Below are positions 9,307 to 16,915 of a stretch of DNA of 16,915 nt, in pieces. Source of the stretch: Octopus sinensis. Its lineage: Eukaryota. Every line of letters starts with the position of its first letter. Position 1 is the stretch's first letter. Location: the NCBI RefSeq assembly GCF_006345805.1, contig NW_021825054.1, forward strand, positions 1-16,915, read 5' to 3'. The notes beneath the pieces are model-generated. The model did no database searches and was not told the DNA's origin. It worked only from the letters and a program-made list of their open reading frames with translations. The translations under genes were made by a program, and so were the position numbers.

Positions 9307-9752
9307 TTAACCCTTTAGTGTTCAGATTACTCTGTTAAATGTAATACTCTTTCACTCAAATTGTTTTGAATTAATCATGCATTATCTTATAGCTTTGAGG
9401 TTTCAATGATGTGATTGTTTATTTTTAGAATGTCAATGTAGGTTAGGTGTGAGAGGCCAGATCCGGCCAGTTTGAATATAAAACATGTAGAATATATTAG
9501 GCCGGATAAGGCCAGTTTAACCCTTTCATTACCAACCCGCCTGAAACTGGCTCTGTAGTACAAATGTCATGTTTTCATAAGTTCTGAGTTAAAATCTTCC
9601 ACCAAACCTTAGTCACAATTAATGTTCCTAACACTAGCTTAACGATAACTAAGTTATTTTACTAAATCCTTTGTTATATTTAAAATAATTGGAAGAAACA
9701 CAGCATCTCAAAATAAATACAGTAATGAAAGGGTTAAAAACTAAAGGGTTAA
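9307..9752. mobile_element. piggyBac-type MITE (outer element, ~220 bp without its insert)
   Basis: TTAA (9307-9310)-CCCTTTAGT ... ACTAAAGGG-TTAA (9749-9752). A second family copy lies at 7321. Confidence 0.8.
9517..9737. mobile_element. piggyBac-type MITE (inner, nested element)
   Basis: TTAA (9517-9520)-CCCTTTCATTAC ... GTAATGAAAGGG-TTAA (9734-9737): a perfect 12-bp TIR with TTAA duplication. Confidence 0.88.
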
Positions 9753-9966
9753 TGACGAAAACTTTATTGACACACTGCATTTGTGGAAATTTGATTATTT
9801 ATTTTAAGCATTGAATAATTAAAATGTTTTTTTTTTTGGTCACCATTATCAAGTTATTGTGAGACTACCTTGTCATTTCATTCTGCTGCAATATTTATCT
9901 ATTCATTTCATTCTGCTACAATATTACTCTGTCTATTCATTCCACTGCTATGTTACTGTCTTTCAG

Positions 9967-10065
9967 GTCCGGGCCTTACATAAAAGATTAGCTATTGCAG
10001 AAGAAGCCAAAGAGAAATCTATAGAGGAATTAAAACAGGCCACAACAGTGCAAGCCCAGCTGAAA
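9967..10065 (+). CDS. PPP1R21: PPP1R21 coding exon, 33 aa, phase 0/0
   Basis: ctgtctttcAG acceptor (9965-9966), GT donor at 10066. VRALHKRLAIAEEAKEKSIEELKQATTVQAQLK matches the recalled human CRALSKRLALAEKSKEALTEEMKLASQNISRLQ (same length) and continues in frame from the previous exon. Confidence 0.92.
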
Positions 10066-10279
10066 GTTCGTATTGTAAAAATTATTTTTTTAATTGGTTA
10101 AAGACCACAGACTTGTAGAAGAAAGAGAGAGAGATTTAGTTGGTTGAATTGAACATACCTAGTTCCTAAGTGATAGGTACTTACTTTACTAATCTTAAAT
10201 TCAATGTAAATAAAATTTGCATCAGCAAGATTTGAAATAACGATATAGCAGGATGGAACGAAATGCTGTTTAGCATTTA

Positions 10280-10516
10280 AGAGTCCAGTTTGCTGGACAT
10301 TGTTGTAGAGCTGAAAACGAGGTAATTTCTCCTCTTCTCCTCTGGAAGCCATCTGCTCACGATACCAGAGGGCGCACACTCTCCTACCCTGATGTAATCT
10401 CCAGGGATACAGGCATCCAGCAACAGGACCTCCGTAATGCTATGATGGACCATGAAGTCTGGTGTAACATAGTAAATTCCATTGTCTTGACCACGGTCGA
10501 ACAATGATGATGATGA
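10280..10516 (+). mobile_element. 3' end of a second RTE-like LINE family, 5'-truncated, with (TGA)n tail
   Basis: Open 75-codon frame RVQFAGHCCRAENEVISPLLLWKPSAHDTRGRTLSYPDVISRDTGIQQQDLRNAMMDHEVWCNIVNSIVLTTVEQ*. It resembles the RTE C-terminal FAGHC..LLW.P..RGR...Y...D...AM.DR..W pattern. The stop at 10505-10507 starts the (TGA)4 tail. Confidence 0.8.
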
Positions 10517-10957
10517 TTACATTTGTTAGTCCTCCATCTTCAGTAATATAATTCGTATACGAATGCCTGATGATCTTGTAACAAGGTTTTTAAATGTTGT
10601 TATACTAACTTTTATTTATCAATACACATGTTTCTTGATATACTATCTGTAGTGAAGAAATTCTTTATCTATTTATCTTCACTGATAACTCACATTTATG
10701 ATCACCTCACCTTAATCCTTCTGCTCCTGATGAGATTTTAGGAGTGTTGTGATATCTGACATGCCTTGGGCATTTAAACTCAGAAAAGCCCATCCTTTTC
10801 CACATTTAACTACAGGTAATATCTTCCAGAAAGAGGTGAAATTGAGAGGGAAAGAGAGAGAAATCAACACCTACAACTTGGCTGGTACTTCATTTATCAA
10901 TCTTGAAGGCAAAATTTGACCTCGGTAACATTTATATTCAAAGATGTAAAGCCCAAA

Positions 10958-11192
10958 AAGGTGGCGAGCTGGCAGAAATGTTAGCACGCTGGGCAAAATG
11001 CATAGCTGTATTTCGTCTGCCGTTACGTTTTGAGTTCAAATTCCGCCGAGGTCGACTTTGTCTTTCATCCTTTCGGGGTCGATAAATTAAGTACCAGTTA
11101 CACACTGGGGTCGATGTAATCAACTTAATCCATTTGTCTGTCCTTGTTTGTCCCCTCTGTGTGTAGCCCCTTGTGGGCATTAAAAAAATAGG
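10958..11192 (+). mobile_element. Full-length monomeric SINE (GGCGGCGAGCTGGCAG family), 13-bp TSD
   Basis: Exact TSD TGTAAAGCCCAAA at 10945-10957 and 11193-11205; tggcagaaatgttag and gagttcaaattcc A/B-box-like motifs. Confidence 0.92.
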
Positions 11193-11240
11193 TGTAAAGC
11201 CCAAATAAATACTGCAAATTATTCAGCCAATATTCTATCA

Positions 11241-11525
11241 TTACTGCCCTTCACACCCTATGGAGCATAGGCCATTGATGATTTTTCTACATCGTTTTTG
11301 GTTCTAGGCTTTCTTTCCTTGAGGAAAGGCCTTCCTCTCCCTGGTCTTCTTGATTTTGAATTGTCATTGTTGCTTTCTTTTTTTTTAGGTAGTGATGTGG
11401 GCTCTATTGAGACCCATTTTTACCTCTGGTATAGTCTGGCTTCTATTCTTTGCTCTGTCCATCATGGACCCTACCCTACCCAGAGTTTGTACTCTACCGG
11501 CATAGCTCTCAAGGTCATTGAAACA
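11241..11525 (-). mobile_element. Possible internally deleted RTE/BovB-like element
   Basis: The minus strand ends INGLCSIGCEGQ* (11241-11279), like the GLCSxG terminus of RTE ORFs, preceded by RRPGRGRP. The upstream part resembles RTE 5' UTRs from memory only. Confidence 0.45.
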
Positions 11526-11797
11526 CACACACACACAATCCACCACACTGCAACAAGGACTTTGTGGTGGTTATAGCATTTATGGTATCATTGATCCAAG
11601 ACTGTAAACCTTTTGTACTAACTGAATGTTGTAGACTGATTGTAGTTATCAATCTGCTATAGCAATGTAGATTGTAGTTATGGCTATAAGCAATCAATCA
11701 AAACATTCTGTTTGTGTTCAACCTGCTTTTTGTTTATTCATTATTTTTATTGTGGAGTATACTGTTGTTAGATTTAGGACTTAAAATATACAGACAA

Positions 11798-12080
11798 CAT
11801 GTAAAAAGCATCTAGTCCACACAGAAAAGTGGTTGGCATTTGGAAGGGCATCCAGCTGTAAAAACCATGTCAAAACTGACCTCGCATGTACTGGTGCTAC
11901 ATAAAAAGCACTCAGGCCACTCTGTGAAGTTGTTGGTGTTAGGAAGAGCATCCAGCTGTAAGAACCATGTCAAAACAGGTACAGAAGTCTGGTGCAGTCT
12001 TCTGCCTAGCTAGCTCCTGTCAAACCATACAACCCCATGCCAGCATGGAAGGCAAACATTAAACAATGGTGATGATAGTG
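11798..12080 (+). mobile_element. RTE-type 3' tail with an internal ~100-bp tandem duplication
   Basis: The block taaaaagca..gttgg..ggaag.gcatccagctgtaa.aaccatgtcaaaac occurs twice (~11800 and ~11900), then the tail end and a degenerate (TGA)n. Confidence 0.75.
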
Positions 12081-12362
12081 ACAACACACTTTGTTGAATG
12101 CAGCTTATAGAACATTCAGAACCTAGTTATATAATTTTTTCTGGACTAATGTTAATTTATGAACAACTCCATGTTATTACTTGTATCTTGTGCCAACCAT
12201 CATTGTTCTACTCGGTTCTCCATCAAAGTAATATCTGTGGACATGAGCTATATTACTGTGTTTTTGTGGCTAACAAATTTCACTCCATGATTATTAGCAT
12301 ACAAAGAACATTTCCTCTTTGAGAATTCAGGGATGGTTAGGTATTCAGTTAGATAATCTCTC

Positions 12363-12526
12363 TTAACCCTTTTGATATCATCCATCTGGTTCTATGATAC
12401 AAGCCTCCTCTCTTATTATTAACTGGTGATAACCAGTTTAATGATGACAAAGATATCTTATGAAATTCTTTCTTCATTATTTTCAAAACTGAAACAAAAG
12501 AAATGTATATGGTAACAAAGGGTTAT
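12363..12526. mobile_element. Degenerate TTAA-type MITE
   Basis: TTAA-CCCTTTTGATATC ... GGTAACAAAGGG-TTAT: imperfect TIRs. Confidence 0.45.
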
Positions 12527-12537
12527 GGTAACAAAAG

Positions 12538-12765
12538 CAGCGAGCTGGCAGAAACGTTAGCACGCCGGCGAAATGCATAGCCATATTTCGTCTGCTGTTA
12601 CATTCTGAGTTCAAATTCCGCTGAGGTCGACTTTGCCTTTCATCCTTTCGGAGTCAATAAATTAAGTACCAGTTACGCCCTGGGTCGATATAATCGGCTT
12701 AATCCATTGTCTGTCCTTGTTTGTCCTCTCTGTGTTTAGCCCCTTGTGGATAGTAAAGAAATAGG
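12538..12765 (+). mobile_element. SINE (GGCGGCGAGCTGGCAG family)
   Basis: Aligns end to end with 10958-11192. Possible imperfect TSD ggtaacaaaag/ggtaataaag. Confidence 0.9.
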
Positions 12766-12996
12766 TAATAAAGCCAAATCTACAGATAAATGGTACGAAG
12801 GAAAAGATAACATCAAGTAACCTAAACTGACGCTAGATTACAGTTCAATATGAACTTAGAGACAGCTCTGAAGCAGACCTGGAGTAGGGAGTAGGGTATG
12901 TCATTGATGAGATCTCAAATAACAACAAAAGGACATTTGGCAAATCTGACTGATTGACTGACTAAATGAATAACGAAACAATCAATTAGTTAAATA

Positions 12997-13191
12997 ATCA
13001 TCATCATCGTTTAATGTCTGCTTTCCATACTAGCATGAGTTGGACGGTTCAACTGGGGTCTGGGAAGCCAGGAGGCTGCACCAGGCCCAGTCTGATCTGG
13101 CAGTGTTTCTACAGCTGGATGCCCTTCCTAAACACCAACCACTCTGTGAGTGTAGTGGGTGCTTTTTTCATGCCACCGGCACGGAGGCCAG
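12997..13191 (-). mobile_element. RTE-type 3' tail, minus strand, little diverged
   Basis: (ATC)n followed by the reverse complement of the 1500-1676 sequence. Confidence 0.85.
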
Positions 13192-13264
13192 TTGAAATAA
13201 TCTACTTGTTAACTAAAAAATATAACAAAGCGAAATAGAACCAGTGTGTGTTTATTATTAGCAC

Positions 13265-13357
13265 AATGACCCTCCTGAGATAAAACAAAATATGTTCCAA
13301 CACATGGGTTCACATCAAGAATCTTGCAAAACCAATTACAGAAAACAAAATGAAACT
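13265..13357. repeat. Second copy of the 5971-6061 interspersed repeat fragment
   Basis: aatgaccctcctgagataaaacaaaatatgttccaacac..aagaatcttgcaaaacc..aaacaaaatgaaact versus aatgactctccccagacacaacagattatgcttcaacac..aagaatcttgcaaacc..aaacaaaataaagct. Confidence 0.55.
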
Positions 13358-13495
13358 AGATTTTCAGTAAATAGTATTCTGCTTTCTTTCTATTCTTCAG
13401 TCTTGTTTAATATCTCCAAAATGTAAACCATTAGGTTTTTGTTTCTTTTCCTTTAGTACACAGAATGAATCTCTTAATTTTTCATTTCAATATAG

Positions 13496-13633
13496 GATGA
13501 TTTAGCTACCACAACTCGTAGCTATGAGGGCCAACTCCGTATGATGAGTGAGCATTTGGCCAGTATGAATGAGAAACTTACCACTCAGAAGGACGAGATT
13601 GATGAATTAAAGATGCAGCAAGCAATGTCTAAA
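13496..13633 (+). CDS. PPP1R21: PPP1R21 coding exon, 46 aa, phase 0/0 (probably penultimate)
   Basis: ttttcatttcaatatAG acceptor (13494-13495), GTAAGT donor at 13634. DDLATTTRSYEGQLRMMSEHLASMNEKLTTQKDEIDELKMQQAMSK matches the recalled human DELTTTKRSYEDQLSMMSDHLCSMNETLSKQREEIDTLKMSSK. Confidence 0.93.
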
Positions 13634-13799
13634 GTAAGTATCTACCTAAAATTCATTTTCATTGTTGAAAGCTGGAATCTAGTTCAAGCCTTTCTAATGA
13701 ATAAGAAAACTAGATTTCCTCATCAACCAGCACAAAGCCAACCTGTACCCACTTTCCTTACTACTCCCTCCTCCCAGCTGAGGTGGGGTTTTGTCTTGT

Positions 13800-14400
13800 C
13801 CTGTTGGTGCTGGTGCCATATAAAAAGCACTGGTGCCACTTAAAAAGCACTAATGTTGATTCCACATAAAGAGCACTAGTGCTGGTGCCACATAAAAAGC
13901 ACAGTCCCATGTAAAAAGCATCCAGTACACTCTGTAAAATGGTTAGCATTATGAAGGGCATCCAGCCATAGAAACCATGCCCACAACAGACAGCAGCGCT
14001 TGTTGCAGTCTTCTAACTTGTTTGTTCCTTCTCGAGCCATGCCTGGCTCATAAGGGCCGGTTTCCCGGCATCATTGGTGTATAAGTTCCCCTCCTGAATG
14101 GGACGCTGGTCCATCGCAGGTGAGCTGCTAGATGCAGGAGGAAAGAGTGAGAGAAAGTTGTGGCGAAACAGTCAGCAGAAGTTCGCCATTACCTTCTGCC
14201 AGAGCCACGTGGAGCTTAGGTGCTTTCGCTCATAAACACACACATCGCCCGGTCTGAGATTTGAACCCGCGATCCCTCAACTGCGAGTCCACTGCTCTAA
14301 TTACTAGGCCATGTGCCTCCACAGTCTTCTAACTTGCCAGTTCCTGTCAAACTATCCAACCCATACCAGCATGGAAAATAGATGTGAAATGATGATGATG
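13800..14400 (+). mobile_element. RTE-type 3' tail with an upstream tandem motif array, interrupted by a SINE
   Basis: About 5 copies of (tgct)ggtgccacataaaaagcac at 13800-13920. The tail resumes after 14336 and ends in (TGA)n at ~14390-14400. Confidence 0.75.
14021..14321 (-). mobile_element. Full-length SINE, GTGGAGGC head, body type 3, 15-bp TSD
   Basis: Exact TSD CAGTCTTCTAACTTG at 14006-14020 and 14322-14336. Head ggaggcacatggcctagt..gggttcaaatctc. Confidence 0.92.
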
Positions 14401-14409
14401 AAATACTTA

Positions 14410-14700
14410 TATTTAGCTCTGTCATGAGCCCAAGGACTCATGAGGCCAGAGCTTAACTCAGTTTCCATGGTATAAAAGCGACTGAGATTATAACTACCCG
14501 CCCACCTGAATAGGATGCTAGTCCATCACAGGGTTAACTCCTCAGCTCCTGCAGGAACTCAATTACAACTGAGTGAAGTGGAACATTGTGAAACAAAGTG
14601 TTTTTACTCAAGAACACAATGCATCACCCAGTCCAGGAATTGAAACTGCACCCTTACAATTATGGGTGCAACATCTTAACCATTAGGTTATGCACCTTCA
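14410..14700 (-). mobile_element. Older tRNA-derived SINE with a Nin/Deu-like central segment
   Basis: Head gaaggtgcataacctaatggttaag..agtttcaattcc, then gtgttcttgagtaaaaacacttt, then aaccctgtgatggactagcatcctattcagg..ggaaactg. The domain name is from memory. Confidence 0.6.
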
Positions 14701-14817
14701 CTAATTAATGAAAACCCACATTAAACTTATTTTAGAAAATGTAAATGAAAAAGTGAAAAATATGTAAAATGAAAATGTGTGGAGGCTGATGGAGCCCAGG
14801 TCTCTGTTAAAAATTGA

Positions 14818-15164
14818 GCGTAGGAGTGGCTGTGTGGTATGTAACTTGCTTACGAACCACATGGTTCCGGGTTCAGTCCCACTGCGTGGCACTTTGGGCA
14901 GGTGTCTTCTATTATAGCCTCGGGTCGACCAAAGCCTTGTGAGTGATTTGGTAGATGGAAACTGAAAGAAGCCCGTCGTATATATATATATAAGCACAAA
15001 TGTTTTTTCCCCCATACTTTTGTGAGTTAGTTTAGGCAAACACTATCTGAGAGAGATCTTCTTTAAGTATTAGAAATAGCTGAAGAAATTTCTTTAGCTG
15101 CTATTTCTAATGAGTTCAGTATGTGGCAAAGTAATTTATTTTACTAAGCCCTTATATATAATAA

Positions 15165-15200
<36 letters not shown>

Positions 15201-15378
15201 TTGTGTGTCTGTGTTTGTCCCCCAACATCGCTTGACAACTGATGCTGGTGTGTTTACGTCCCCATAACTTAGCGGTTCGGCAAAAGAGACTGATAGAATA
15301 AGTACTAGGCTCGACTAAAGGCGGTGCTCCGGCATGGCCACAGTCAAATGACCGAAACAAGTAAAAGAGTAAAAGAGG
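14818..15378 (+). mobile_element. GGAGTGGCTGTGTGGT-family SINE with an internal (TA)n tract, interrupted by a ~180-bp insert
   Basis: 5' half at 14818-14992 ends in (TA)n; (TA)n resumes at ~15170; the 3' half ends in a duplicated gtaaaagag. Joining the two halves into one element is an inference. Confidence 0.7.
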
Positions 15379-15756
15379 TTCCTCATTTTATGTAAAAAGC
15401 AGATTGCATGGGTCACATAAGGTGTGTGATTCTATATGATAGTCAAATATATGTATTAAATGTGGTAAACTTGGAGGCAATAGAGAGAAATTTGGTGGTT
15501 ATCATCAGTGGATGTGTAATGTTAACTTGCAAGAAATACTGAGCCCAAGAGAATTGTACTCTAATGTTATTGATTGATGTCTGCGAGAGAGATCTGGTTC
15601 TTTGATGAAGAATGGAGAATGAGTGTTGGATGAAAAAAAAGAAAATGTAGTATATCCTGCACAATGGAAAGCTGGGGAAAACATAGGAAGATATTCAAGC
15701 TCTGATCTGAGGGTCTGAGTCTTTACAAATGATCAAGATGTGCAGCAGCAAAAGCA

Positions 15757-16200
15757 TCATCACCACCACCACCACCACCACCACAACTATTATTATTATT
15801 ATTATTATTTAACATTCAATTCCCATGTTGGCATGGGTTAGGCAATTTGACAGGAGCTGGCAAGCCGGAGGACTGCACTAATCTCCAGATGTCTGTTTCG
15901 ACTTGGCTTCTACAGCTGGATGCCCTTCCTAATGCCAACCACTCTATAAAGCGTACTGTCTGCTTTTTACATGGCACCAGCACAAATGTTTTTTACATGG
16001 CACCAGCACAGGTGCTTTTTTTCATGGTGCCAACATGGGTGCTCTTTTATGTGGTGTCAGCATGCCTGCACTTTTACATGAACTCCTCCATGTGGCACTA
16101 GCATAGGTGCTTTTTACGTGATGCCGACACAGGTGCTCTTTTGCATGATGCCAGCATGGGAGCTTTTTTTATGTGGCACTTGTACAAGTGCCTTTTATGT
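15757..16200 (-). mobile_element. RTE-type 3' tail, minus strand, with a ~26-bp tandem array
   Basis: (CAC)n/(ATT)n at ~15760-15810, tail motif ctacagctggatgcccttcctaatgccaaccac, then ~9 degenerate gctttttacatggcaccagcacaggt units at ~15960-16200. Confidence 0.75.
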
Positions 16201-16201
16201 A

Positions 16202-16415
16202 TATTTCTTTACTACCCACAAGGGGCTAAACATAGAGGGGACACACAAGGACAGACAAAGGGATTAAGACGATTACATCGACCCCAGTGCGAAACTGGTA
16301 CTTTATTTATCGACCGCGAAAGGATGAAAGGCAAAGTCGACCTTGGTAGAACTTGAACTCAGAACGTAATGACTGACGAAATACCGCTAAACTTTCCGCC
16401 TGGTGTGCTAACGTT
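16202..16415 (-). mobile_element. SINE (GGCGGCGAGCTGGCAG family), slightly 5'-truncated, minus strand
   Basis: Reverse complement aligns with 10975-11190. Confidence 0.9.
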
Positions 16416-16764
16416 TTATATAGCATCAGCATGGGTGCTGCAAACACATCCAACCAATACCAATATGAGGAAATATATGTTAAAATGATGGATGTTCAGG
16501 AATTTTGTTAAGGATTTATCTGATGAGGAAGAACTGAATCTATGAACGTTTTACAGAATGAAAGGAGCAAACCATGAAATAGGGGTTATTGTAAGTTGAA
16601 ATCTGGTTTCCATGGCTGCAACAGAATCAGTTCGGCTAAAAGCACCCAAAAGCTATATGTTGGTGTTTAGAAGCCAGGCAATGGATTAAAAGCCTGCCAC
16701 CCAAGAACAAGCTCACTTCCTCTGACAAGCTTCCATACTTTTTCTGTTTATCCAATTTGATTCA

Positions 16765-16915
16765 AGTGAGACCATATCCCTGTGGCCTCTACCTGGGATG
16801 TAGCCAGTCCACTTATGCATACCTTTCCTTCTTGGGACACAAAACTCTACTTGCAAAGACCTGTTGAGGCAAGTGAAATCAAATCAAAATCAATGGAAAT
16901 TGTAGTTGTGATACA
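16765..16915 (+). mobile_element. Probable RTE 3' UTR fragment, cut by the window end
   Basis: agacctgttg..agtgaaat..gaaattgtagttgtg matches 5541-5573 of the RTE copy. Confidence 0.5.

Noticed and set aside
10098-10504. Minus-strand ORFs of 93 and 75 aa
   Set aside because: They are antisense shadows of the + strand LINE stub at 10280-10516.
11298-11576. Hydrophobic 92-aa ORF as a membrane protein
   Set aside because: It is the antisense reading of A-rich, probably RTE-derived sequence running into (CA)n, with no splice or homology support.
13634-13843. Extension of ORF 13541-13843 beyond the exon
   Set aside because: PPP1R21 similarity ends at the GTAAGT donor, and the rest runs into an RTE-tail repeat.
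14736-14744. Alternative last exon ttttAG|AAAATGTAA (KM*)
   Set aside because: It is only two codons, has no similarity to the expected C-terminus, and such AG sites are common in AT-rich DNA.
15960-16200. ~26-bp repeats as a CRISPR array
   Set aside because: The units are degenerate and adjacent with no unique spacers, there are no cas genes, the context is eukaryotic, and the motif derives from an RTE tail.

Overview
AT-rich, repeat-dense animal genomic DNA, most likely a coleoid cephalopod such as Octopus (inferred from the look of the SINE and RTE repeats, not confirmed by a search). The only host gene is PPP1R21 (KLRAQ1/CCDC128, FERRY subunit Fy-2) on the + strand. Three phase-0 coding exons (4412-4609, 9967-10065, 13496-13633) encode its C-terminal coiled coil; the upstream exons and the stop-bearing exon were not identified. 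Most of the rest is intronic repeat: tRNA-derived SINEs (several with exact target-site duplications, one dimeric), RTE-clade LINE fragments and dispersed RTE 3' tails, a decayed mariner transposase, a Helitron-like fragment, TTAA-flanked piggyBac-type MITEs (one nested in another), and micro/minisatellites. Most ORFs in the track are simple-repeat or antisense artefacts. Main leads: a 14-aa-period DSREQLxK duplication in PPP1R21 with mostly synonymous divergence; inverted repeat pairs bracketing exons (possible dsRNA, editing or circRNA substrates); SINEs sharing one tRNA head with swapped bodies; and a ~1.5 kb segment bounded by ~170-bp inverted repeats. Human protein comparisons and repeat-family assignments are from memory and need a database check. 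I found no clearly new multi-gene system.
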